A stretch of DNA of 64,000 bases from Heptranchias perlo. Its lineage: Eukaryota. Position 1 is the first letter of the stretch; each line of letters opens with the position of its first letter. Where the stretch lies: assembly GCF_035084215.1 (NCBI RefSeq), contig NW_027139969.1, forward strand, positions 1 through 64,000. The letters run 5' to 3'. The position numbers were made by a program, and so were the translations under genes. The notes beneath the pieces are model-generated. The model was not told where the DNA came from and searched no databases. It was given only the letters and a program-made list of their open reading frames with translations. Shown in pieces: positions 1 to 11,664 of this stretch.

Positions 1-75
1 TCCCGTGCTGTACCTGCCCTGGAGTGTTTGATGGGACAGTGTAGAGGGAGCTTTACTCTGTATCTAACCCTGTAC
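1..75 (-). repeat. 62-bp minisatellite family unit at the window edge
   Basis: Reverse complement of the unit at 21779-22614. Confidence 0.8.
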
Positions 76-429
76 CATCCTTGTAAATCTTTTTTGCATC
101 TTCTCCAGTGCCTCTATATCCTTTTTTGTGGTGTGGTGGTACATTGAATGTGAAAGACCTTAATGTGGGCCCTGAGACATCAGGTATAAAGGCACATCGG
201 GCTCGGTCATTCCTTGTGGTGCTTTTATTAATAAATCAGCTTTAACACACGCATAAAATCTGGACAACCCTGGTGACAGTGGGCTGCAAAGATCAATATA
301 TAGTGAATAAGGATTCTGGGGGGGGTTTCTGGAGGAGATTATTACTCTGTGAATTAAAGGGGTGAGGGTGGTGGGAGGAGGTGGAAGGAGGAGGTGGGAG
401 GAGGAGGGAGGAGGGGGGTGGGGTGGGGT

Positions 430-576
430 TTAGAGGAAGGCATCGCACCACTCCCTGAGGCAGCGGTAACAGTCCTCTGATTGTCTGTTGCCTGCATAGC
501 ACGCCTGTCTCATCCAACACTTGAAGGCTGCTTTATCCTGCTTGAGTAGTAGGAACTGGCCCAGGACATCTTTGGC
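430..576 (-). CDS. BAF-family paralog (BANF1-like tandem duplicate), last coding exon
   Basis: After tttttag acceptor: [51 protein letters not shown], 147 nt, collinear with human BAF residues 42-89; minus-strand AATAAA near 224-229. Confidence 0.92.
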   Translation of the reverse strand, partial: AKDVLGQFLLLKQDKAAFKCWMRQACYAGNRQSEDCYRCLREWCDAFL

Positions 577-756
577 CTAAAAAGGGACCAGTCAAAACAA
601 GACATTATGATATTCCGTACTCACACACACATCTTAATGCTCCCCGCGCACACCCCCTACATACACGTGTTATATATATTTATAAGGCAGCAATGTGTGG
701 TAATGAGCCACACAGTCCCCAGTCAGGGTATCTGAGTGTCCAGCCCCCGGGGGATC

Positions 757-997
757 TCAGGACGCCAGGGAGAACTCCCCCCCCCCCGCTCTTCTTCCAA
801 TAGTGGCCGTGGGATCTTTTACATTCACCTGAGAGGGGCAGACGGGGCCCTCGGTTTAACGTCTCATCTGAAAGACGGCGCCTCCGACAGTGCAGCACTC
901 CTCAGTACTGCGCTGGAAGAGTCAGCCTGGATTTTGTGCTCGAGTGGGGATCGAACCCACGACCTTCTGACTCAAGAGGCAAGTGCTGCCACTGAGC
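757..997 (-). mobile_element. DeuSINE (SacSINE1-like), partial
   Basis: Reverse complement of the Deu domain (GGAGGCGCCGTCTTTCAGATGAGACGTTAAACCGAGG) plus tRNA-like head. Confidence 0.75.
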
Positions 998-1222
998 CTA
1001 ACAGCACGGGGGGGGAGAACCTTCACCACACGGACTGCAGCGGTTCAGGATGGCGGCTCACCACCACCTTCTCAAGGGGCAACCAGGGATGGGCAATAAA
1101 CGCCGGCCTTGTCCCACACCGCAAGACTGAATGAGGTCTGTCAGGTCGGTGGGGCATTAGGAAGGTCAAGGCTCGCCCTGAAGCTTTCCGTGACCCCCCC
1201 ACCCCGGGGGCAGAGCTCTCAC

Positions 1223-1373
1223 CTTGCAGAAGCCCTTCTCCTCCAGCCGGCCCCCCAGGACCAGGCCAATGCCCGCCAGCTCCTTCACGGACTTTTCCTT
1301 CATGGGTTCCACCACGAAATTCTTGTGCTTCTGCGACGTGGTGGAGATGGGCAGACGGGTGCTCGCTGTGGAA
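1223..1373 (-). CDS. BAF-family paralog, exon encoding the N-terminal half of the BAF domain (no ATG at the usual start)
   Basis: [50 protein letters not shown]|gtgag; same phase-0 intron position as BANF1; polypyrimidine tract with candidate acceptors giving exon starts at 1373 or 1365. Confidence 0.9.
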
Positions 1374-1696
1374 CTGTCAGAGAGAGAGAGAGAGAGAGGG
1401 GGGCACCGTTAGTAACAGCCGAGCGGAGGTCAGGGGTCGAGCACTGCCCTTCGATCCCACGCCCAGGATGTGTGTCATAGACTCAGACAGCACAGAAGGA
1501 GGCCATTCGGCCCATCTTGCCTGTGCCGGCTCTTTGACAGAGCCATCCAATTAGTCCCACTCCCCCCTGCCCTTTAGCACAGAAACAGGCCATTCAGCCC
1601 AACTGGTCCATGCCGGTGTTTATGCTCCACATGAGCCTCCTCCCACCCCTCTTCATCTATCCCTATCAACATATCCTTCTATTCCCTTCTCCCTCA

Positions 1697-2230
1697 TGAG
1701 AGACGGACAGAGAGAGGGAGAGAGACAGTGAGTCAGATAGACGTAGACCGTCAGAGAGAGAGAGAGAGAAAAACAGTGAGAAACAGAAAGAGACTGACAG
1801 TGAGAGAAACTGAGAGACAGAGAGAGACAGAGATTGAGAGAGACTGAGTGAGCGAGAGACTGAGAGAGAAAGAGACAGTGATACAGAGACTGAGTGTGAG
1901 AGAGACAGAGACAATGAGAGTCAGATAGAGAGAAAGAGATCGTGAGAGAGACACAGACAGTGAGAGAGACAGAAACTGAGAGACAGTGAGAGAGACTGAG
2001 AGAGAGATAGTGAGAGACAGAGACAGTGAGAGAGACAGCCAGAGAGACTAAGAGAGAGAGACAAACAGTGAGAGACAGAGACAGACAGAGATTGAGACAG
2101 ACAGAGAGAGGACAGAGACTGAGGAGAGACAGACAGAGACTGAGAGACAGTGAGAGAGAGAATGAGAGACTCAGAGACAGACAGACAGAGAGACACAGAC
2201 AGACAGAGACTGAGAGAGACAGTGAGAAAG
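1697..2230. repeat. Degenerate (GA)n/(GACA)n tract
   Basis: Direct inspection. Confidence 0.9.
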
Positions 2231-2327
2231 ATGTGCACTGACTTCCTTCCCTTATTTTGATGAGCATATGATCAATGTAAAAGATTCCTACCTAAAACAG
2301 CTCTCCCCTCCTTGAAGGACCTCTCAC

Positions 2328-2760
2328 CTTTCTCTGCATTGAATTCAGTGACTGCAGGCGATCGCAAATTCATCTCTGATTCCCAGTGACTCGCACTAAC
2401 TGCTGCAGGCCTTTCCACTTTATGATCGAAGTCCACTTTGTACCACTGGCTGGGGTCAGTGAGGTGCAGACCGCAGTCAGTGAGGTCACCCTTTGTGGTG
2501 TCAGGGTTACACAGGACTGACCACAGGTAGTGGGTGACAGGGGCCCATTGTGACCTCTCGGGCCACCTCTCCTGTGTGGTGTGTGGGGGGAGGAGGTTGG
2601 TGCTGCTCAGATGGCAGCTGGTTTTGGTGCAGTGTGTCCTGAGAACACTCAGTCAACCCATTCCATTTGGCCCCACCATGGTCTCAGTGGGGAAAAGGCG
2701 TAGTTTGCTCCTGAGGGAGGTTTTCAGCCCATCGGCCTGTGCTGGATTTATAGCCACGGG
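2328..2760 (-). other. Candidate upstream exon of the BAF paralog (one in-frame TGA or compensating indels)
   Basis: Unique sequence with ccccag acceptor and AAAG|gtgaga phase-1 donor that fits the 1365 acceptor; frame open from 2652 to the donor; TGA at 2653-2655. Speculative. Confidence 0.3.
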
Positions 2761-2788
2761 CTGGGGGTGAAAGGGAGTGTACTCAGAA

Positions 2789-2975
2789 CCCATATACACA
2801 GCGCCCATATACAGGGCCTATATACACACAGCGCCTATATACACGGCATCCATTCACAGTGCCCCATACACACAGCACCCATTTACATACCTATACACAT
2901 TGCACCTATATACACTGCACCCATATACAACACAGTTACACACCACCCACATACATACCTATATACACAGCACCC
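2789..2975. repeat. About 15-bp degenerate tandem repeat (CCCATATACACAGCR)
   Basis: Direct inspection. Confidence 0.75.
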
Positions 2976-4861
2976 AGTCCGATACCAGGACCGCTGGGCC
3001 CGTAGCCATTGCAGATGTCGGGAGTGTAACCGCTGGGTCCGGGAGCTCCTTGCTTTCTGATTTAGCGCACAACTCGCACCTTGTGCAGGTATAACTCCCC
3101 CCTGGATACATCGCAGGCCCACTCCATCTCACCACCAAACTTCCCACCCTTCTCGGCAACAATCAGCAGCCTAGAGATTCGCGCAGACCCATTTTTGAGC
3201 ACGCTGGGGGTGGGGTTTGGGGAGGGGGGCCTGAATGGTGAGGCCCAGGTGCCCCCGATATTGGGTCGCGGGCCTCATTAGCATCGAGCCAGCGAGCAGA
3301 CGATCGCAACCCTCAGGCCAGTGATTAAAAGGGACCGTCCCCGCCTGGTTGAATGTGAGGTGGGGGGTGAGCACTGCATTCGAGAAAGGACTTGCTGAGG
3401 CCGTGTAAGGAGCAATGTAAATGCACGAGGGTTGCAGCAGCAGATGAGCAGTTAACCCAGGATAGGTTTACAGGCAACTTCAGGCTGCTTCTGACAGATG
3501 CTTTCCCTTCTCAACTCTTTCTGCACCTTACTCTGATTCATTCTTAGACTCTCGCCCACCCCACCCGACCCAAACACTCGCAGCCAGAATTCGCAGCAAT
3601 GTAACCTTATGGTCTTAAAGGGACAGGCAGCATAATCCACGACACGTGCTATAAAACAGCAGACTCTCTGAGCACTTCCAAGGCAGACTCTCAGTTACAG
3701 ACCTGCACCTAACACATGCCTGGCCCACAACAATCGACGGCCATGGCCTTTCAAGGCCGGATTTCCTTTGAGCTGGAGCCAGGAATCTACAAGCACTTAC
3801 AATGACCCGGTTGCTACTCCTTGCCCGTGGCTTTTAAAAGGGACAGGCCACATTAGCAGCTGCAGACACACAAGGAATGTTAAAAACGTGCTCCTTTGGT
3901 GCGTAGAGACGTACTGATCCGAGGGCCCAGGTTCCAGCCCCATTCAGCAGATCTCACCTTCGTTAGGGGGGTGGAGGGAGGAGAGGAGTGGCTGAGTCCG
4001 CAAATGGTGTCAGGGCCCTCCCAGGGATGGATAGGGGAAAAAAAACCACACAGCCAGCGCCACCGCCACTGGAAAGAAAGGAAAACACGAGAGAAAAAAA
4101 AAGAGAATTCAATTAACACTTTGATTTATTTATTTTTTATTATATAAAATTTAATAACAGGTTTCCAGAGAGACCCTGAATCTCACCACTGTGAAAAGTA
4201 CAAGTGAAATCAGATCAGACGGAAATCCTGAAGTTAAGATTGAATAAAATGGTTCACGTTTACATAGAAAATTCAGCTTGGATTCACTTTCTCCCACTCA
4301 AAACAGCAAATTACTTCACACAGCAAAAAAAGGAGCAGTGGTCTTCGAGGGGATGCGGTTGGGTATTTAACAGTGTACACTACCATGAGCGGATTGAGGG
4401 GAGCTTCAAAAGGAGGGGGGGGGGGGTGCCAGAGGGGGAGAGAGAGACGCCAACCCAAACGAGCAGTCTAGCATTCGGCAAAGTAAAAACCTCACCGGGT
4501 CAGTAAAGACAGGCTCGATTTAACCGTAGCAGGAGAGAAATGCAGGAGATTAAAAACAACTCATGCCACAAGGGAGGTCGGTATCTTGCACCCTCCCCTC
4601 CCTGCAACGCAGCAGCTGGGTGAAACAGAGACGCTTTCGTCATTGCCATCAGTCCACACTCACTAATCTCAGCAGCCAAGTCGGGCGACTGATACGATTT
4701 CAGCAGAGAGGGAAAACGCTCTCCCCGGGTGTGAACCGTGGAATCTCAAAAGCTGGAGATAATTTCACTTCATTTTAAGATCACTAAAAGTACAACGGGG
4801 AGGAGGGGAGGGGGGCAGGGAACGGGAGGGGAACCGCAGGCAGGCAGGTTGGTTGGTTGGT

Positions 4862-5006
4862 TTACAGGAAGGCGTCACACCACTCCTCAGGCAGGTATGG
4901 CAGTCGCTGCTTTGCTTGGAGTTGGCCTGGCACGTGTCCTTCAGCCACTCTTTGAAGAGGTCCTCGTTTTTCTTCAGGACGAGAAACTGTCCAGCACCAC
5001 GTACGC
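4862..5006 (-). CDS. BANF1: Barrier-to-autointegration factor 1, last coding exon (two 1-nt deletions in this sequence)
   Basis: ttcag|AYVVL(G)[34 protein letters not shown](R)EWCDAFL-TAA; 145 nt rather than 147; one base missing near 4991 and one near 4885. Confidence 0.92.
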
Positions 5007-5051
5007 CTGAAGAGAAATTAATGAGAGATTACTTCTAGTGCCCATTCGCAC

Positions 5052-5475
5052 AGGGCCTTTCACCACCTCAGGACGTCCCAAAGCGCTTTACAGACAATGA
5101 AGTACTTTACTGAAGTGTAGACACTGATGTAGGAAACATGGCCACCAATTTGCACACAGCAGATCCACAAACAGCAGTGTGATCATGACCAGATCATCTG
5201 TTTTTAGGTGTTGGTTGAAGGATAAATATCGGCCCCAGGACCCCGGGGAGAACTCCCCCCCTGCTCTTCTTCCAATAGCGGCCCGGGGGATCTTTAACAT
5301 CCACCCGAGAGGGGCAGACGGGGCCCTCGGTTTAACGTCTCATCCGAAAGACGGCACCTCCGACAGTGCGGCGCTCCCTCAGTACTGGCACTGGGGAGTG
5401 TCGGCCTGAAGTCTCTGGAGTGGGGGCTCGAACCCACGACCTTCTGACTCCGAGGCGAGAGAGTGCTACCCACTC
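5052..5475 (-). mobile_element. DeuSINE (SacSINE1-like) in a BANF1 intron
   Basis: B-box head, Deu domain and L2-type tail. Confidence 0.8.
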
Positions 5476-5699
5476 ATTAGTGGTAGAGTTAGGGCTTAAT
5501 AGACAACCCCCCCAGCTACACAAATGGAGATCCGCTGAGAACACTGGGGTGTTTTCTCCGAATCTACACACCAATAGCTACTGATAAGTCAGCGAGTTAA
5601 ATGTGCAAACTCAGAGCAGAAAGGGCCCACGTTCTGTAGAAACAGATCACAACTGCCTTAGTTTAGTTTAATTAACAGTAATAAATAATAAATTCACTA

Positions 5700-5940
5700 A
5701 TAAACCCAATCAGGAATTCAGGAGAAACTTCTTTACCCAGAGAGTGGTGAGAATGTGGAACTCGCTCCCACAAGGAGTGGTTGAGGCGAATAATAAATAC
5801 ATTTACGGGGAAGCTCGATAAACACACGAGGGAGAAAGGAATAGAAGGATATGCTGATAGGGTGAGATGAAGTAGGGAGGGAGGAGACTCGTGCAGGGCA
5901 TAGACCTGTTGGGCTGAATGGCCTATTTCTGTGCTGTACG
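5700..5940 (+). mobile_element. CR1 LINE 3' end fragment
   Basis: Encodes RRNFFTQRVVRMWNSLPQGVVEA, followed by the CR1 3' UTR. Confidence 0.75.
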
Positions 5941-6069
5941 ATGCGTGTAATTACAAAACGGAGAATCAGAGCCAGAGAGGGCCGGTGTTCTGTACACGGC
6001 TGCTCTCAGCACAGGTCGGGGACAGAACCCAGGGCCTAGCTGTCCACGCTGTGGGCGCCAATCACCTAC

Positions 6070-6192
6070 CCTGTCGAACCCCTGGTCTTCCAGTCGTCTG
6101 CCAAGGGCTTCTCCGATTCCCGCCAAGCACCGGACCGATTTCTCCCCCATGGGCTCTGCCACGAAATCCCGGTGTTTCTGCGATGTCGTCAT
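6070..6192 (-). CDS. BANF1: Barrier-to-autointegration factor 1, first coding exon
   Basis: [41 protein letters not shown]|gtaggt, closely matching human BAF 1-41; head-to-head with EIF1AD as in human. Confidence 0.96.
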
Positions 6193-6354
6193 TGTGCCGC
6201 TGTGTGTACTTAAAAAAAAAACAAACACACGCAGAAAATCAGAACAGCGGGGCTTGGAGGGTTAAATTACGAGCACTGGAGCTTTCAAGACCGAGATCGA
6301 TCAATCACAATCAGGGGTAAGGAGACCAAGACCAATCGCAGCTCACCATTGAAA

Positions 6355-8860
6355 GGTTACAGCGTGGAAGGAGACCATTTGGCCCATCGAGTCCGTGCCA
6401 GCTCTATGCAAGAGCAATCCAGCTAGTCCCACTCCCCCGCCCGATCCCTGTAGCCATGCTATTTTTTTCCTTTCAAGTACTTATCCAGTTCCCTTTTGAA
6501 GGTCATTATTGAATCTGCCTCCACCACCCCCTCGGGCAGTGCATTCCAGATCCTAACCACTCGCTGTGTAAAAAAGTTTTTCCTCATGTCACCTTTGGTT
6601 CTTTTGCCAATCACCTTAAATCTACGCCCTCTGGTCCTTGTCCCTTCCGCCAATGGGAACAGTTTCTCTCTATCTACTCTGTCTCGACCCTTCATGATTT
6701 TGAACACCTCGATCAAATCTCCTCGCAACCGTCTCTATTCCAAGGAGAACAACCCCAGCTTCTCCAGTCTATCCACGTAACTAAAGTCCCTCATCCCTGG
6801 AAATTCTAGCAAATCTTTTCTGCACCCTCTCTAAGGCCTTCACATCTTTCCTAAAGTGCGGTGCCCAGAACTGAACACAATACTCCAGTTGTGGCCGAAC
6901 CAGTGTTTTATAAAGGTTCATCATGACTTCCATAATTTTGTACTCTATGCCTCTATTTATAAAGCCCAGGATCCCGTATGCTTTTTTAACCACTTTCTCA
7001 ATCTGCCCTGCCACCTTCAACGATTTATGCACATATACCCCCAGATCTCTCTGTTCCTGTACCCCTTTTAGAGTTGTGCCCTTTAGTTTATATTGCCTCT
7101 CCTCATTCTTCCTACCAAAATGTATCACTTTGCATCTTTCTGCATTAATTTTCATCTGCCACGTGTCCGCCCATGTCACCAGCCTGTCTATATTTTTTTT
7201 TATTTGTTCACAGGATGTGGGCGTCGCTGGAGAGGCCGGCATTTATTGCCCATCCCTAATTGCCCTCGAGAAGGTGGTGGTGAGCCGCCTTCTTGAACCG
7301 CTGCAGTCCGTGTGGTGACGGTTCTCCCACAGTGCTGTTAGGAAGGGAGTTCCAGGATTTTGACCCAGCGACGATGTCTATCACTATCCTCCTCACTGTT
7401 CACTACCCTTCCAAGTTTTGTGTCATCTGCAAATTTTGAAATTGTGCCCTGTACACCAAAGTCATTAATATATATCAAGAAAAGCAGTGGTCCCAGCACT
7501 GACCTCTGGGGAACATCACTGTTCCCCAGTCCAAAAAACAACCGTTCACCACTACTCTGTTTCCTGTCTCTTAGCCAATTCTGTATCCATGGTGCTACTG
7601 CCCCCTTTATTCCATGGGCCGCAATCTTGATTCCTACCATGTGGCACTTTACCAAACACCTTTTGAAAGTCCACATACACCACATCAACTGCATTGCCCT
7701 GATCTACCCTCTCCATTACCTCATCAAAAAAAAAACTATCAGGTTAGTTAAATACGGTTTGCCTTTAACAAATCCATGCTGGCTTTCCCTAATCAATCCA
7801 CCCTCATCCGAGTGACTGTTAATTCTGTCCCAGATTATCGTTTCTAAAAGTTTCCCCACCACTGAGGTTAAACTGACTGGTCTATAGTTGCTGGGTTTAT
7901 CCTTACACCCTTTTTTGGGGTAACATTTGGAATTCTCCAGTCCTCTGGCACCACCCCTGTATCTACGGATGTTTGGAAGATTATGGCCAGTACCTCCGCA
8001 ATTTCCACCCTTACTTCCCTCAGCAACCTAGGATGCATCCCATCCGGACCGGGTGACTTATCTACTTTAATACAGCTAGCTTTTCAAATACCTCTATCAA
8101 TTTTTAGCCCATCCAATCTCTCAACTCTATCTTTCTTTTCTGAGACCCGGACAGCATCTTCTTCCTTGATAAAAACAGATGCAAAGTACTCATTTAGTAC
8201 CTCAGCCAGGCCCTCTGCCTCCATGTGTAGATCTCCTTTATGGTCCCTAATCGGTCCCACCCCTCCTCTCACTACCCGTTTCCATGCCTGTAGAAGACTT
8301 TTGGATTCTCTTTTATGTTGGCCGCCAGTCTATTCTCATACTCTCCCTTTGCCTCATTTCCTTTTTCACTTCCCCTCTGAACTTTCTATATTCAGCCTGG
8401 TTCTCACTTGTGTTATCGACCTGACATCTGTCATACGCCCCTTTTTTCCATTTCATCTTACTCTCTATCTCTTGTGTCACCCAGGGAGCTCTGGCTTTAG
8501 TTGCCCTGCCTTTCTGCCTCATGGGAATGTACCTAGACTGTACCCAAACCATCTCCTCCTTAAAAGGCCGCCCACTGTTCAATTACAGTTTTGCCTGCCA
8601 ATCTTTGATTCCAATTTACCCGGGCCAGGTCTGTTCTCATCCCACTGAAATTGGCCCTCCTCCAATTGAGTATTTTTACTTTAGAGTGGTCCGTGTCCTT
8701 TTCCATAGCTATTCTAAACCTTATGATACTGTGATCGCTGTTCCCTAAATGCTCCCCCACTGACACTTGCTCCACCTGCTCCACTTGGCCCGCCTCATTC
8801 CCTAGAACCAGATCCAGCAATGCCTCCTCCCTCGTTGGGCTGGAAACATACTGGCCAAGA
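6355..8860 (-). mobile_element. CR1 LINE, 5'-truncated decayed ORF2
   Basis: PTREEALLDLVLGNE, GNSDHSII, VPQRSVLGPLLFLIYIND, SKFADDTKL, LYKTLVRPQLEYCVQFWAP, FFTQRVVRIWNALP; many frameshifts. Confidence 0.92.
7192..7375 (-). mobile_element. 3' tail of a second LINE family nested in the CR1
   Basis: Reverse complement of the GGGATGGGCAATAAATGCCGGCCTC...GACGCCCACATCC-poly(A) tail interrupting the CR1 RT region. Confidence 0.8.
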
Positions 8861-8917
8861 TGCAAGGTAAACTATATGATCCATCTCCAACTCCTTATGC
8901 CCCATTGATCGTACAGA

Positions 8918-9330
8918 AAGAACTTGCATTTATATAGCGCCTTTCACAACCTCAGGACATCCCAAAGTGCTTTACAGCCAATGAAGTACTTTTTGAAGTG
9001 CAGTCACTGTTGTAATGAAGGAAACAAAGCAGCTAATTTGCACATAGCAAGATCCCACAAACAACAATGTAATAATGATCAGATAATCTGTTTTAGTGCT
9101 GTTGGTTGAGGGATAAATATTGACCAGGACACCGGAGAGAACTCCCCCACTCTTCAAAATATTGTCTTGGGATCTTTTACGTTCACCTGAAAGACAGCAC
9201 CTCTGACAGTGCAGCGCTCCCTCAATACTGCTGTGGGAGTGCCAGGCTCGATTATATCTCTGGCGTGGCCCTGGAACCCACAACCTTCTGACTCGAGACA
9301 AGAATGCTACCCACTGAGCCACGGCTGAAA
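8918..9330 (-). mobile_element. DeuSINE, internally deleted
   Basis: Same head and tail as the other copies. Confidence 0.75.
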
Positions 9331-9899
9331 CCTGGAACACGGGTACAGCAGCCCAGAGTTTAAGGGACTGGGCCAGAAAATCTCACCACGTTCAATAAAT
9401 CTGGCAATTCATGGTCCGTCTCTGGAAAAACAGCCACGAAAAGCTGCCAGATTGGCACAAACGCCCAACTGGTTCAGGAATGTGCTTCAGGGAAAGGTAC
9501 CTGCCGCCCTGACTGGGCTGGCAGTGACTGTAGTCACGCAATGTGTTGCTGAATCAACACCCTAGGGCGAGGCATCACCCACATCCAGAGAACGACAGTA
9601 AACAAAACAATCAGGTAACCCACACGAGGGGCGCAAAGCAGGAATAAACCCGGACTGTCACCAGGGACTGCCCCCTCCCCCTGCTCCGCTCCAAACCCTA
9701 ACCCCACCCCCGCTCCAAACCGCCCCCCCCTCCCAGGCTGGTTGGTAAAACTCAGCCTGGCTGACCCAGTACCACCTGGGCTCAGGATGTGGCAAAGATG
9801 CCCCCCACACACCAGGGAGGGGGAATGTTTTTTTTCCCCATGCAGACCCCCTCCCCACCTCGGGCTCATCGCTGAAAGATGTCCAACTCTCCTGACTAT

Positions 9900-10720
9900 C
9901 CGACTGCGGGAGGCTGCACAGCCGGGCCCAGCCCGTGATACCCCGCACTGACCGATAGGGGGCATCGCCGCCGCTCCCGGGGGGAGGCCGGGGGTCTCTG
10001 CGGCTGCGCAGTAGAGAGAGTCAGACCGACCGGCCGGTCGGCTCCCCCCCGGGCCCGGGAACTCCTCGGCCCGGCGCCCGGCTCCCCTCTCACCCGGCCT
10101 CCCTCCACCCCTCTCCCCTCGCCTCCCTCCACCCCTCTCTCCTCTCTCCTCCCCCCGGGCCGGGCCCCGCTCTCCCTCACCCGCCGCTGCTGCTCCTGCC
10201 GCCCGATCCCGCCAACCAACCGCTTCTGGGTCACGACCTCGTCCCGTCCTTTTTAAACCCTCCCCCCCGGTCCCGCGCCCCCGTCGCCGCTGCTCTTTCG
10301 TTCCGAGCGGTAAATATAAATCCAGCCGCTCCTTTTAGTTCCAGAAAGAGAGGGGGAGGGGGCGCTGAATCCCGAGTGAAGAACGCACTTCACTCACCCC
10401 CTCCCCGGGTAAAGCCCCCTCCTCCTCCCCGGTCACCGATTTAATGAGCCGGGGGTGGGGGAAGGAAGAAAGGTCGGACCGGAAGTTCTGTTGGGCGATG
10501 ATGGCGGCTGAGAGCAGGTGAGAGACGCGGCGGGTCCCGGGGAGGAGGGGCGGCGGGTCCCGGGGAGGAGGGGCGGCGGGTCCCGGGGAGGAGGGGCGGC
10601 GGGTCCCGGGGAGGAGGGGCGGCGGGTCCCGGGGAGGAGGGGCGGCGGCGACGGCGGGTCCCGGGGCGGCGGCGGCGGGTCCCGGGGAGGAGATCGGCGG
10701 CCCGGGGGGTCTGGGCCCCG
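9900..10720. promoter_or_regulatory. CpG island / bidirectional BANF1-EIF1AD promoter with 5' exons
   Basis: GC/CpG-rich; minus-strand donor gtgag at about 10176-10180 (BANF1 exon 1); plus-strand donor gtgaga at 10518 (EIF1AD exon 1); ETS/GABP CCGGAAGT 10479-10486; YY1-type ATGGCGGC at 10501; TATA-like TAAATATAAA at 10311. Confidence 0.75.
10528..10700. repeat. 23-bp GC-rich tandem repeat in EIF1AD intron 1
   Basis: GGGTCCCGGGGAGGAGGGGCGGC units. Confidence 0.85.
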
Positions 10721-10739
10721 GGGGGAGCGTTCACCGACT

Positions 10740-11365
10740 TCCATCCCCTCTGCCTCAGCCCATCTGCTGCTCAAACCCTCATCCGTGCCTTTATCACCTC
10801 CAGACTGGACTGTTCCAACCCTCCCCTGGCCGCTCTCCCATCTCCCACCCTCCGTAAACCTTCAGCTCATCCAAAACCCTCCCCCCCCCCCCCCGCCCCG
10901 TATCCTAACTCGCCCCGAGCCCCATTCACCCATCACCCCACTGTGCTCGCTGACCTACATCGGCTCCCGGTCCAGGAACACCTCGATTTTAAAATTCTCG
11001 TCCTCGTATTTAAATCCCTCCGTGGCCCTCGCCCCCCCTCCCTATCTCTGTAACCTCCTCCAGTCCCTCCAACCCTCCGAGATCTCTGCACTCCTCCAAT
11101 TCTGGCCTCTTGCGCATCCCCGATTCCCATCGCTCCGCCATTGGCGGCCGTGCCTTCAGCCCCCCGGGCCCTAAGCTCTGGAATTCCCTCCCTAAACCTC
11201 TCCGCCTCTCTCTCCTCCTTTAAGACGCTTCTTAAAACCTCCCTCTTTGACCGAGCTTTTGGTCACCTGTCCTAATATCTCCTCATGTGGCTCGGTGTCT
11301 GATTTTGTTTGATAATCGCTCCTGGGATGTTTTACTACGTTAAAGGCGCTATATAAACTGCAACT
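10740..11365 (+). mobile_element. L2 LINE 3' fragment
   Basis: L2 ORF2 C-terminal motifs (SRLD, LQLIQN, FKIL, IGGRAFS, GPKLWNSLP); tail AAAGGCGCTATATAAA shared with the DeuSINEs. Confidence 0.85.
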
Positions 11366-11664
11366 TCTTTCTGCTCCACTCGGTGCTTTTGATAAAATGC
11401 GCTGCACAGATATTACAGCTTGCCAGAACACTGATTGATTGCCAAGTGCTGGAGGAAGTTTGAAGTCCTGCGGCGGCCTGTAATTGGATCATTAAGTGAA
11501 ACAGAGGCCTGGATTCCCCTCCGAATTACCCCCTGTTTTGGGGCAGAAAATCAGAGCAAAGTCTGTTCTTAAAGGCTTCTGCCTCAAAAAAACTGGACCT
11601 GAATTCTCCCAAAAATTGCCAGTTCCCTTTAAAGCTAACCACAAGCCCATTCCACCATGTTTCA

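Noticed and set aside
2653-2655. In-frame TGA as selenocysteine in the candidate BAF-paralog exon
   Set aside because: No SECIS recognised in the short 3' UTR and the exon itself is unconfirmed; an indel error or non-coding status is simpler.
3320-3850. Recurrent TTAAA(A)GGGAC motifs resembling Kolobok/T2-MITE termini
   Set aside because: All are in the same orientation with no nearby inverted partner.
7185-7381. TGTCTAT direct repeat as TSD of the nested LINE tail
   Set aside because: Host CR1 sequence appears to be missing at the junction and similar words occur naturally there, so microhomology is equally likely.
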